A stretch of 64,000 nt of DNA from Yuukianura sp. NJ FZ-2021 (Eukaryota), in the NCBI GenBank assembly GCA_046563655.1, contig CM102289.1, positions 744,001 to 808,000 on the forward strand, given 5' to 3'. Of this stretch, positions 39,001 through 50,032 are shown piece by piece; position 1 is the first letter of the stretch; the number at the start of each line of letters is the position of its first letter. A program made the position numbers and the translations under genes. The notes below the pieces were generated by a model. It was not told the DNA's origin, searched no databases, and worked only from the letters and a program-made list of their open reading frames with translations.

Positions 39001-42000
39001 TAGTTTGATTAAGTATATAAACCACTTTTGTTTGATTGGTTTCGTTATTTAGAACTTAATTTAGCGTTATTTGCGGTTGTTTTGGTAGTGTTTTTAATTT
39101 GTTTCCACCCTTTCTTATCAAAATGTTCATACCCCGCGGGCAAAGCTCCGCCCCTTTGGATTCTTCCATTTCGTCCATTTCTTCCACTGGATATCCAGCC
39201 GTGGATGAAATGTCGAAAAAGTGGATATCCAGCAACACTGGTGACCACTAAAAACTTTTCAGTGATCAGCGACGATTTTCAGTGACCATCAAAAGTGTTT
39301 AGTGGTCACAAATGATTCTTCAGTAATCACTGGAAGATCACCCCTGTGTAACAAAGCAGAGCTGTGAACGGGAACATTTTGGAAACTTTGCCTTACTTCA
39401 ACTTTTTCTCACGTGACACTTTTTTTCTTTCTCTAAAAACAAATTCAAAAGTTTTGGAGTAGAGTTCTGACCTATAGCGGTACTACTACTAGGCTCTTAA
39501 AAGTGACAACATTGGTTGAAGTAAGGCGACATCCCATATGTGTATACAAAACCTTCTTTGTATGTTGGAGTGACTATTCCTCAGAATCCTTGGTTATGCT
39601 TTTTAACCATCACAGTTTTGAGGATTTTAGACACTTACTTTTGCATACGGTAGTTGTATCACATTAGTTGAAGTAAGGCAGTCCCGCATGTATTCAAACA
39701 AAACTTTTTCTTTTGTGTTTTTTTCAGTCAAGGTTCAAAAGAGTCGAGTCAGTTTCTGGAGCAGGGTCACTGGTTCGTGTCTCTGTACAACGATGACAGT
39801 GACGGGCAGGAGGTTGTGTTTGGCCTCAGTTTGTCCGAGGACATGACTGAAGGTTGTCCCAACGGCTGCACAGGAAATGGTCAATGTTCCAATGGACGAT
39901 GTCAATGTAATCCTGGATTTGGATCCGAAGATTGCTCTTCTAGTAAGACAAAAAGCCACTCATAATTCCTATTTCCTCTAGAAAAAAGAGAAAAAACCCG
40001 CTCTTTTTTTCGGATTTACTTCCACAACTGAACATCTCCTCCATCCGGTTCACCCACAAGGAGTTCCTTCTCAGAAAAAGACATTCCAGCCACTTGCGTT
40101 GTCAAAATTTATAGACCTATTTCTTTTCTTCTCAAAAACGAATGGCGTGGCGACCGAGAAGGCAGACTACTTCATTCCATTATTTCGATTTTCAGAAAGT
40201 CAATTTTGAAAAGAAAGAAAAAAAAGAGGCTGACTATTCCTCGGATAGAGCGGAATGCAATTTCAACCACATTTTTATCCTGCCGAAAAGACTTTTAACC
40301 CGGCTCTAAAAAAGCAAGTTTTTGTAAACTTTTTCTAGTTTTTATGTTTGTTTTTTTTGTGTTTTCCCTCCAGGCGTTTGTCCAGTTCTGTGTTCTGGAC
40401 GCGGAGAGTACATCAACGGAGAGTGTTCCTGTAATCCTGGATGGAAGGGAAAAGAATGCGAATTGCGACATGAGGAGTGCGCAGTGGCAGATTGCAGTGG
40501 ACATGGCAAATGCGTCAACGGAAAATGTTCGTGTGGCAGAGGATACAAGGGAGATTCATGTGCAGAAGGTAAATTCCTGACTTGTGATTCGTTGACACTT
40601 AATTTAGACATCTTAGTTACGTTTTTACCTAAGATTAGTTTTATAAAAACGTTTTGTTTTCGTTTTTCTTTATAGTTGACTGTCCTCATCCTACTTGTAC
40701 TGGACATGGATTCTGTTTGGCGGGAACTTGCATGTGTAAAAAGGGCTGGAGAGGAGGCGACTGCTCTGAGCCGGACAATGAGGCCCTGCAATGTCTTCCA
40801 GACTGTTCAGGTCGTGGGACATTCAACTTGGACAGTCAAGCATGTGTTTGTGAACTGAAGTGGACTGGAGAAGATTGTTCCAAAGGTAAATCATTAAATT
40901 ATTTCGAAATTTCAGAATTTCGCTTTCAAAATTTCGAAATTTTGATGATGAAAAGTTCTAAATGCCTCTAATTCAATTATTTTCAGAACTTTGTGACACT
41001 GACTGCGGTCCAAATGGAGTTTGCATCGGACGGAGCTGTCAGTGTTCCGAGGAATGGTCAGGCCCCCTCTGCAACCAACGTGTTTGTGACAAGCGGTAAG
41101 TTCAAAATGTGTTAAAAATTCAAAAGTAAAATAAAATTTTAATTTTACTAAAATAGAACAAAATTTTGATCTTCCCGCCTGTTTATAGATGTAGTGACCA
41201 TGGTCAGTGCAAAAACGGAACCTGCCTGTGTGTCACCGGTTGGAACGGGAGACATTGTACCCTTGAAGGGTGCCCCAACAGTTGCAGTGGCCATGGCAGT
41301 TGCAAGGCCAACATGGAAGGACTTTGGGAATGTCGATGTCACAATGGATGGACCGGACCCGAATGTTCCATCAGCATGGAACAAAACTGCAACGACGGAC
41401 AAGACAACGACAAAGGTTCGAAATTTCACTTCTCAACTTTCTCTTTTTCAAATTGAAAACGTTTTTGAAAATGAACTTGTCGTTTCAGACGGACTGACAG
41501 ACTGTGAGGATCCGGAATGTTGTTCTCAACCGTCATGTGAAAAGAGCCAACTTTGCGTTTCTGCCAAGAAACCGCGTGACATCCTCCTTCGAAAACAACC
41601 GCCGGCCCTCACGGCCTCGTTTTTTGAAAAAATGAAATTCCTCATTGAAGTAGACAGTTTGCAGAGTTATGCAAAGCCGGAGGCGTTCAATGGCAGGTCA
41701 GTCTTTTTAAAAACGCTTTTCAAAAAAGTTGTCCTAATCCTCACTCCTGCGTTTTTGCTGACTTTGTGCCCCTGTCTAAACACTCACCCCAAGTGGCTCC
41801 CTGCGCGTCGCCAACTCATTCTTGAGCTAACTGTCCTTTCTCTTGTTTGTATTTTACTGTGCTGCTTTTTAATGACTGTCTAACAAATTAGTGTCATGTG
41901 GACTCACTTCATCCAAAGGTAAGTCAAACCCTGCTATTTGATGTTCCAAAAATCCATCTTCCTTTTCAAAATTTCGAAAACAATAACAAAAAAAGTTTGA

Positions 42001-45000
42001 GAAACGTCAATCTAACCTAAAAAAGTTCAAAAAAAGATATCACTTGTACCGAGACTATTTCCACCGAATTTCTAGCAACATTTTTTAATAACTTTCTATT
42101 TTTGTGTTGCAGTCGCAGTGGAGTTGTGCGTGGCCGAGTTGTGACACCAAACGGAAGTGGCCTTATGGGCGTTCGGGTTTCTTCTACATCACCGTCGGAA
42201 CCACTCGGCGGTTTTACTTTGACTCAAGACGATGGTTGGTTCGATTTGATGGTCAACGGTGGCGGTGCAGTCGTGCTCCAATTTGGTCGGAATCCATTCA
42301 ACCCCAAAACTCGCACCATTTTCGTACCGTGGAACGAAGTTGTCGTGATTGACCGTGTCGTCATGGGAACCAACGACGACAGAACTTTCCGAACCCAGTC
42401 TTGTGACGCCCATGACTACGAAACCATGAAACCTGTTGTCTTGGCAACCTGGAAACACGGTTTCCAAGGAAACTGTCAAGGACCGACATCGAGCCTGATC
42501 TTACCCGAATCTCAAGTTGTTCAAGAAAGAATCCGAATTCCTGGCACAAATGTGCATTTGATGTACCATTCTTCACGGGCAGAAGGCTACAAAGCTACGA
42601 TCAAACTTCAACTGACTCCGGAATCCATTCCTAGCAGTTTGCGCCGCGTAACTTTGAAAATTACGATCGAGGGCGTTTTGTTTGAAAAAGTTTTTGAAGC
42701 GGATCCGAACATTCAGTACACTTTTGCCTGGAATCGACTCAATGTGTATCGTCAACGTGTCCATGGCATTGCCACGGCAATTGTCCATGTTGGATATACT
42801 TATGAAAATTGTGTCGACACAATCTGGACTGTGGAAAGCACGACATTGTCTGGACATGACATGACAATTTCTGAAATTGGTGGCTGGAATCTAGATATTC
42901 ATCATCGTTACAACTTTCATGAAGGAATTATCCAAAAAGGCGATGGATCAAACATTTATCTCAAACATAGACCGCCCGTGATACTCACAACGGTGGGTAC
43001 TGGCTATCAGAGACCTCTACATTGTGGCGAAGATTGTAACGGAATCGGAGCGAAGCAGAAACTACTGGCAGCAGTTGCTCTTGCTCCAGCATCGGATGGA
43101 ACACTTTTTATCGGAGATTTTAACTTGATCCGAAAACTGAATTTGGACGGAACCATTCAAACTCTTGTCCATCTGAAGTGAGTCAGCTGTTTTTCGAAAA
43201 CTTGAAAAAATTTGATTTTTTTTGGCGGGGTTTTTAAAAGTGTGTTTTTTTTGCAGTACAACTCGAGTGTCCTACCGATATCACATGGCTCTGAGTCCAG
43301 TGGACAACATTCTTTACATTTCTGATCCTGAGAGCCACCAGATCATCCGTGTCCGTTCGTTAGCCAATGACAGCCCTCCGATCGAACCGGAACAGAATTG
43401 GGAAGCTGTGGTGGGTTCCGGTGAAAGATGTTTGCCCGGAGATGAAGCTCATTGTGGCGACGACGGTTTAGCAAGAGATGCGAAATTGGCTTATCCAAAG
43501 GGCGTGGCGATCTCCGTCGACAACATTCTCTACTTTGTTGATGGAACAAACATTCGGAAAGTGGATCGGGATGGAATAATTTCCACTTTGATTGGAAACC
43601 ATCAACACAAATCTCATTTTACACCAATTCCATGCGAAGGAAGTCTCAAAGCAGAGGAGGTATTTTCAAAAACTTAAAAACTCAAAACTTTGTTTAAAAA
43701 GTATTCACACCTAGTAAGCCTCTAAATAAGAAACTAGATTACGACGCCCCTTTGAGTGGAAGTTTGTAGTTTTTTTAAAATGGGAGTGGAAGTTTGTCGT
43801 TTTTTTTTAAACGGGAGTGGAAGTTTGTCCTTTTTTAAAACGGGAGTGGAAGTTTGTCGTTTTTTAAAACGGGAGGTTCAGCCAGAATTAAAGAGGGTTT
43901 TTAATATTATTTTTAAAAAACGACAAACTTCCACTCAAAGGGGCGCAGTAATCTTGTTTCTTATTTAGAGGTTTAAGTGTACTTCGCCCCTTTGAGTGGA
44001 AGTTTGTCGTTTTTAAAGAGAGTTAAAGTGGGTTTTTAATATTATTTTTAAAAAACAACAAACTTCCACTCAAGGGGGCGCAGTAATCCTGTTTCTTTTT
44101 CTTATGTAAAGGTTTAGATGTAATTTTTTTTTGTTTTTGATTGTAGGTGCACTTGCGATGGCCAACTGAAGTTGCAATAAATCCACTCGACAACTCTCTC
44201 TACATCATAGACGATCATATGATCCTGAAATTGACCGATGACAACCGGATTCGTGTCGTTGGTGGGAGATCGATCCACTGTCCGGCCCCACCCGGTGGGT
44301 ACGATTCCGATTTAGCCACTCACGCAAGTCTCATTTCACCCCAGAGCATGGCTTTTGCACCGAACGGAAACCTGTACATTGCCGAATCAGATGGACAGCG
44401 TACCAGTCGTGTCCGGCTTATCACCACCAACGGAAGAATTTCACATTTTGCTGGAGCCGAATCCAAGTGCAACTGTCTAGATCCCGGTTGCTCCTGTTTC
44501 GATGACGACCACTACCTAGCTGCAACTGCCAAATTCAACACCATTTCTGCCGTTGCCATGACACCCGACGGAAATTTGCACATCAGTGACCAAGGCAACT
44601 ATCGACTCAGGACTGTCCAGGCACTCATACCGTCGTCAACTGCTCCAACGGACTCCAAAGTCTATGAAGTTTACTCTCCAGAGACTCAAGAAATTTACGT
44701 TTTCAATCGTTTCGGTCAACATGTTGCTACGAAGAACATTGTGACGGGAGAACGTGTTTACACGTTTCTCTATAACGTGAATATGTCCAACGGGAAGTTG
44801 AGTAGTGTAACGGATTCTGCCGAAAACAAACTGCATATACTCAGAGACTATTCACTTATAGTCAAGTCCATTGAAAACTCGCATGCCCAGAAGTTCAACT
44901 TGCGAATGTCACGGAAAAACATGCTGCATGAGTTCTCTACTCCAGAAGGACATAACATTACATTCAACTACCACACAGAGTCTAATGCCAACGGACTGCT

Positions 45001-48000
45001 CAAAAGCCGGCAGGAATCGACCGGTAAAAGTTCGGTTTACACTTACGACGAATACGGCCGTTTAGTTCAAGCCGTTTCACCGACTGGTCAGCTGTTACGA
45101 CTCGAATTTGAATTAAGCAAACGTGGCGCCAGAGTGCTCGTGACAAGAGATGAAGCTCTTCCAACTTCGCTGCTTATCAAAGGTTCGTCGGTATTTGAAC
45201 GACGCGGGAAATCAGAGCAAGTCGTATCGGTCGAACCGGACGGTAGCGTGAGAATAGCGTTTCCATGGGGACAAGCTCTGACGACTGAAACGATACCGTA
45301 TAATGTTTTGGGCGAAATCAGTCCGGTACTGAGCGACAGTTTTCCGGTACCGGGAAAGCAGAAGACCGAAGTTGGAGCCGAATTGGTGAATCGAGTTGAA
45401 TGGCGGTACATTACGAGAAAGGAGGGTCGTGGCAGGAATAAGCAAGTGATTCAAGTCGACAAAAAGCTGAGGGTCAATGGAGAAAATATGGTAACCCTGG
45501 AATACGACCGCGAAACGAAATCCGAACTCGTTTTTATCGGAGACCGTGTGGAAATTCTGAACGTGACCTTTGACCCTCTGGGGAGACCTTTGCGGTGGGC
45601 ACCAAGGTACGTACAAAACAAAACTCCATTAATTGAACTACGCCTCAACCTCTAAATAAGAAACAAGATTACTGCGCCCCTTTGAGTGGAAGTTTGTCGT
45701 TTTTAAAGACCCTCTTCAACTCTGGCTGAATCTCCCGCTTTAAAAAACGACAAACTTCCACTCAAGAGGGTGAAGTAATCCTGTTTCTTATTTAGAGGTT
45801 GAGTTGTGCCTAAAAATACCTAAAATTTGAGCTCTATTGTAGAATTTACGGTATTTTGAATTTTTCAGTTTCAATTTTGCCGCCGTGGACATGGAGTACG
45901 ACCGATTTGGCAGACTTGTCGGATGGAAGTGGGGCAGATTAAGTGAAACTTTTGAGTACGATCGTTCTGGAAGGTTATCTCATCGCCAGCATGCGGATGG
46001 CACTGCGTCGACTTACGTTTTTGTGGACTCCTTCACTACCCTGGTGAGAAAACGTTTTTAAAACGTTCAAAATTTCGATTTTCCATGCTAGAAAGTGGGC
46101 AAAATACCTAACAATTTCTGACAGTCATTGTTAGCCACATAGTGAATTCAGACCGTAGTATAAGGTAGAATGACGATTCCTCAGAATCGTCGGTTACGTT
46201 TTGTAAGCACAATTCTGAGGATTAGTTGATCTCCATATCGCGTTTGAATCCACGAGTGTCGCTGAACCTTACTTCAACCTAAAAACTTTATTCTGATTTT
46301 CCAATTTCTGATTTCTCTGACTTTTTGTCTGACCTAGCCTCAGAAAATGAAAACAGCTGGGGGGAGTGACTATTTGTTGGAATATGACGGATCCGGCGCC
46401 TTCGCTTCTTTGACAACTCCAAGAGGCCATATTCATACGTTTGGTGTTTCTACTTCAGTTGGTCACTACGAATTCAACTACAAATCTCCGAGTAGCCGTG
46501 ATGCATTTCGAGTTCAGTTCAACGACTATGGTCACGTTACGTCCGTTCTGTATCCATCCAGCGGTGGTCGCATCACGTACGTCTACACTGCTGGTGACAA
46601 AGTTGAAGCAATTGTGGCTGGACTAAGGACGATTCAGTTTACTTATCACGAAGGACTCGGATTAGTGAAAGTGGCAGAAATTGAACAATCTTCATTCGAG
46701 TGTAAAATTGAATACAAGTATCACGGTGGAATGATGAAAGAAGAAAAGGCCAAGTTCGGTCCGAAGTCTGGTCTGGCCAATACGCAAGTCAAATTTCAGT
46801 ATGATGGGAACGCGAGACTTACAAACGTGGAAACTGAAATTGGCGGCAAATCTGTTCAGAGCTTATCAATCAAGAAGACAGGAAATTCTGGACTGCTAGA
46901 AAGTGTCAACGATTTGAGATTTATTGAACCTGGAGTGGAAAATCCATTCAATCGCTCAATTGCTTCCGACGTCGCCAAAACGTTTTCGCGAGTTTTGGAA
47001 CGTGATGAAGTAGGAAGATTTTTACGTCAAATGATCGTCATCCGCGGAAATACTGTGTTTCGACTGGAATTGACGTACAATGACCGTGGAAGAATTCAAG
47101 AACGGAAGATGACTATTGTAAATTCACCTTATGTTGACGAAGTCCAGTACACTGCTGATGGTCAAGTGTCGGAGGTCACGGGCTCAGGTCACTGGAAGTA
47201 CGTTTATGACGAAAATGGAAACGGAATTCAAATGATGGAACAGCGCGAAAAAAGTTCTTTGATTTATGACTCTGGTGATCGTGTGATCCAAGTTGGCGAA
47301 TTACTTCGCTACACATACGACGCACGCGGATTCTTGGTTCAACGCGGAAATGAAAAGTTTCAGTACGACGATAAAGGCTTTCTGTTACACGTCGTCAAAA
47401 ATCAAGCTTACCGGATTTGGTACGCCTACGATCACCAGGATCGACTCGTGTCTTGGAAAGACGATCAAGGAAACGTAACGCAGTTTATTTACGCGAATCC
47501 CGAAAATTCACGTCTTATTACCCACGTCCATTTTCCCGCCACTTCAAAAACTATGTTGTTCATCTACGACGAATTTTCGACGTTGATTAGCCTCGTTCTG
47601 ATTGGTTCAGAAGGTGAAAGTGCCCGGTACTACGTCGCAGCTGATCAAAACAAATCTCCCCTTGCGTTATTCACTGTGCACGGAACTTTAGTCAAAGAAA
47701 TACACAGAACTCCGTTTGGAAAAGTAGTTCGATCGAGTGCTCCCGAAATCTATCTTCCTATTGGCTACTACGGTGGAATCGTCGATGGACATACCGGACT
47801 TGTTTTTCTTAACGGAAGGCCGTATGATCCCACAATTGGGCAGTGGATGACCCCCGACTGGGTTAACTTACCCGCCACCCTCCGAACTCCCACAGACGTG
47901 TTTACGTATAGATTTAGACGTAATGACCCCATCACCCCACCCCATCCCCCAATGACGTCACGCATGAACTCACTCAGTGATTGGTTGAATCTGTATGGAT

Positions 48001-48937
48001 TTCGACCAGAGGCCATTTTTGGCCAGAAGTACACTCGACCGACTTTCTTCGAGCCAAAAGTGGACAGTTCCTTGGGGCCAGAGTTTGGCACTGCCAGTGC
48101 ATTGGCATGTACAGCAGAAACGACCAGTTCTGGCTACCTCACGATGGGCTTCCAGCAGCAGTCGAGACTCAACCCAGAGAGGATTCTAACTAAAGTGCCA
48201 GAAACTGAGTTTTTGAGCAAATTGGCCAATAAGCGATCTCCATTCGGTACCGGTTTGTTGCTATCCAGACTCAAAGGGGGCAAAACTCTTGTGAGTACGG
48301 TAGAAAACAGTGTTGTGCAGGGCGTCCTCACTTCAGTTCTCAACGGTTCGTTGTTTGTGGACTTCCGATCGAGCCATGCCAGTGCCTATCACTTTGTCAA
48401 AGACAATCCGCTCAAACTCCGAGACGATCTTGAAGATCTGAAACGACTCGGCGGATACAACGTTTCGCTTCATGAAGCCGAAAACGGCATCAAGGTAACC
48501 GTCAAATTTTCCGGAAAACTTACAATTTTGAGCGAATCCCGCCGAAATTTAGAAATTTTGAAGATTACTGATTCTGAATTTTTGTATTCCAGGAGCTGAA
48601 ACTGTCCAGTGGTGACACGAGCATAACCGTTCGGTATGGTGCGGATGTTGACGAAGAACTGTCACGACTGATCAAGCATGCTCACCGGAGAGCCATTGAA
48701 CGTGCGTGGGAGGAGGAACGGAAGTACATATCGATGGGACTGGATGGGAGACGACCGTGGACAGAAGAAGAGAAGGAACAGCTTCTGCTCAAAGGCGTCG
48801 TCCATGGTTACCGGGCAACCGAATTTTTGAGTGTCCATGCTTTCCCGCAACTCGCAGAAGATCCCAACAACATCCTGTTTCTGAGAGATTCCCGGCGGAA
48901 ACGCAGAAACAAATCAAACAGTCGTCGAAGACACTGA
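1..48937 (+). CDS. Ten-m: Teneurin-m (Ten-m/Odz), multi-exon, 5' end outside window
   Basis: Phase-consistent exons: <1-87, 29111-29509, 34774-35041, 35171-35355 (TM helix [23 protein letters not shown]), 35947-36144, [36289-37584 cassette], 37794-38062 ([27 protein letters not shown]), 38189-38223, 39728-39942, 40374-40568, 40676-40885, 40987-41095, 41189-41415 (EGF repeats), 41489-41696 ([12 protein letters not shown]), [41892-41918], 42113-43177, 43257-43659, 44147-45606 (NHL propeller), 45869-46043, 46338-48494 (YD/RHS shell), 48593-48937 (Tox-GHH-like, TGA). Motifs match recalled Drosophila Ten-m. Confidence 0.95.
853..945 (+). mobile_element. tRNA-derived SINE-like element
   Basis: GGATAGCCTAATTGGTAGAG (A box), GGTTCGAGTCCC (B box), then a T-run; no intact cloverleaf. 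Confidence 0.55.
4615..5030 (+). repeat. Degenerate minisatellite, core CAACAGAAAC
   Basis: The core recurs at roughly 20-nt spacing. Confidence 0.8.
6056..6297. mobile_element. hAT-type MITE
   Basis: TIRs CAGGGATGTCAAGCATAT / ATATGTTTGACACCTCTG with a perfect 8-bp TSD ATAATCAG (6048-6055, 6298-6305). A degenerate duplicate of the right end follows at ~6320-6411. Confidence 0.85.
7200..7442 (+). repeat. Degenerate minisatellite, core AGAACAGTAGCA (~22 bp)
   Basis: About 10 visible units. Confidence 0.85.
10601..10710 (+). repeat. 18-bp tandem repeat AAAGTGGTAGGTGGTAGG
   Basis: About 6 units; explains the spurious VVGGRK ORF. Confidence 0.85.
11339..11771. mobile_element. Degenerate TIR element rich in TCCGTCC motifs
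   Basis: Imperfect terminal inverted repeats (GGACT..GACGGATA.TAAT / ATTATTATCCGTCC..AAAGTCC) and many internal TCCGTCC motifs. Confidence 0.5.
12925..13310 (+). repeat. ~120-130-bp tandem repeat x3
   Basis: GCGGGAGG..CAGTGATTTT..TTTTTACATAAAGTTTTAGC..AATACGCGC repeated three times. Confidence 0.8.
16615..16894 (+). repeat. Direct repeat copy 1 (~280 bp) flanking the GH25 gene
   Basis: aaaaagtacaaagaagtgaagatggcacag...gacacttgaagcagaaactg aligns end to end with 18902-19180. Confidence 0.93.
17046..18303 (-). CDS. Secreted GH25 muramidase (Ch-type lysozyme), 3 coding exons, ~290 aa, nested antisense in the Ten-m intron
   Basis: Exons 18303-18042, 17739-17407 and 17323-17046 join with phase-1 GT-AG introns. 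Signal peptide [20 protein letters not shown]25 motifs [29 protein letters not shown] (catalytic DxE), [17 protein letters not shown]. Confidence 0.88.
17790..17945 (-). mobile_element. tRNA-derived SINE-like element in GH25 intron
   Basis: A-box-like GATAGCTCAAGGGTCAGAGC and B-box GGTTCGAATCCC, plus a tail TTCAC..TCAAGCCAATGT shared with the copy at 33612-33752. Confidence 0.65.
18527..18593 (-). promoter_or_regulatory. TATA box + arthropod initiator and short 5'UTR exon of the GH25 gene
   Basis: Minus-strand TATAAA at 18593-18588 and TCAGT Inr at 18562-18558, about 30 nt downstream. Donor GTAAGT at 18526; acceptor TTTTCAG ending 18312, 8 nt before the ATG. Confidence 0.6.
18902..19180 (+). 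repeat. Direct repeat copy 2 (~280 bp) flanking the GH25 gene
   Basis: Same-orientation diverged copy of 16615-16894, with scattered substitutions and small indels. Confidence 0.93.
21858..22022 (+). repeat. ~39-bp tandem repeat
   Basis: ACTTACAGTTCTGGCGTACTTTTCGTTAGTATGTAAC, about 4 units. Confidence 0.75.
24957..25490 (+). repeat. ~41-bp periodic array with conserved core TAGTTACTCCCTCCGTTTTTGT and variable spacers
   Basis: About 14 copies of the core. Confidence 0.85.
28810..29085 (-). repeat. Tandem pair (~145 bp) of B-box-containing SINE-like units just upstream of a Ten-m exon
   Basis: GGATTCGAACC..ACCCC..AGC.TACCA..GCCTTATACCACT.TG.CAGTTTCC occurs at ~28874 and ~29017. Confidence 0.7.
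33612..33752 (+). mobile_element. tRNA-derived SINE-like element, same family as 17790-17945
   Basis: GATAGCCCAACGGTTAGAGCACTTCC..GGGTTCGAAAC..TTCACTCCGTCCTCAAGCCAATGT. Confidence 0.65.
35608..35726. mobile_element. Short palindromic MITE-like hairpin
   Basis: TCGTTCTG..ACCGCCAAGGAAATT / AATTTCCTTGGCGGT..CAGAACGA. Confidence 0.65.
38362..39480. mobile_element. TA-flanked TIR element (Tc1/mariner-type MITE) with internal 41-bp tandem repeats
   Basis: 32-bp TIR CCGCTATAGGTCAGAACTCTACTCCARAACTT (1 mismatch), with TA on both sides. Confidence 0.85.
38841..39240. mobile_element. hAT-type MITE nested in the TA element
   Basis: TIRs CAGTGTTGCTGGAT / ATCCAGCAACACTG with a perfect 8-bp TSD GTGACCAC (38833-38840, 39241-39248). 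Confidence 0.9.
43715..44100. mobile_element. Palindromic MITE plus adjacent partial copy
   Basis: TIR CCTCTAAATAAGAAAC..CGCCCCTTTGAGTGGAAGTTTGT / reverse complement, spanning 43715-43975, with internal GAGTGGAAGTTTGTCG repeats. A second partial copy lies at 43985-44100. Confidence 0.8.
45644..45803. mobile_element. Palindromic MITE, same family as 43715-43975, opposite orientation
   Basis: CTCAACCTCTAAATAAGAAAC...GTTTCTTATTTAGAGGTTGAG, with ~60-bp arms. Confidence 0.85.
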
Positions 48938-49580
48938 AAGGGCCCTTAAGGGTCCTTTCAACTTTTGGCGCCAAGGGTACTTCGAGACATCTAGTCAACA
49001 GCTTCACCGTAGGCACTCATTGACATCTTCCGAATATAAGAATTCTCAAAATCAAGAAAATCAACTTTTGCGCGCCATTTTTTACATGCTAAAACTAACT
49101 TGGGGTTTAATCATAACGTTATAAAATAGTAAAAGTAATTTATACTCCTGCTGTGATGTTAGTCTATAAGAAACTTTATTTAAAAATTGAGTTATTTTTA
49201 TTGTTAAGGTTAGATTAAAACTAACTTTTAATTAGGTTATGCAGATATAGTAACCTAATCTCCAAACCAGCAATAATCATCTTACCCTATGGACATTAAG
49301 GCTAAACTTAACGTTAGTTTTTAACTAAAACAGTCAAGAATTTTAACTGCCATTTGCCATGCTGAGATGGTTTCTAGCGTTTTTTTTTTCAAATTACTAA
49401 AAGTGTTTAGAATTTAGGACGAAAAGTTTTTGAAAGCTAACTGTTGTAAATTCCATAAGGCTTATTTTAGTTACAATGTAATCAAAACAGCAGAGATTGT
49501 ACAGAACATTTAAGTCTTAAATTTCTCCATGTTAAAGATTATGCTCATGTGCATAAATTTCATCGCGATGAAAAGCATTT

Positions 49581-49586
49581 AATAAA
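49581..49586 (+). promoter_or_regulatory. Candidate polyadenylation signal of Ten-m
   Basis: AATAAA about 640 nt after the Ten-m stop, ahead of the convergent F-box gene end. Confidence 0.4.
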
Positions 49587-50032
49587 ATCTTCGTCAAATT
49601 TCATCAAATTTTCTCTGTAGAGTCAAAATTTTGGACTGGGAAAACTGAATTCTCAAACTTTTAAAAAAATTCTGAGTTGTACTTTGCTCTACTTGGAACG
49701 AATTGAATGCTTGACTTATAAAAAAAGTCGTACTAAAAATGTCTAAATCCAAAAACCTGTTAATTATTTTCTCAAATGCTGTTTTTATTTTGTGTACGAA
49801 TGTGTATTACGTTTAAACTTATGTTTTAATGACTATACGTTACGAGAGGAAGCTTGCGTTCATTTAGCATTAAGTGCTTTTACTGTATTTTGACACCTGA
49901 GACGACTAATCTTAAACTAAAGCTTAAATCTAAAGAAATAGTGGAAATTGCACTTAAGGGGCGAACTGCTGCATTTCTGTTAAACGAGCTTTTTTGGTAT
50001 TAGAATTAGTATTTACTTGTAGAATATTTTAC

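Noticed and set aside
44147..48937. RHS/YD-repeat and Tox-GHH toxin-like ORFs as a bacterial toxin or recent HGT
   Set aside because: These are the standard C-terminal domains of teneurins and splice in phase with the EGF exons.
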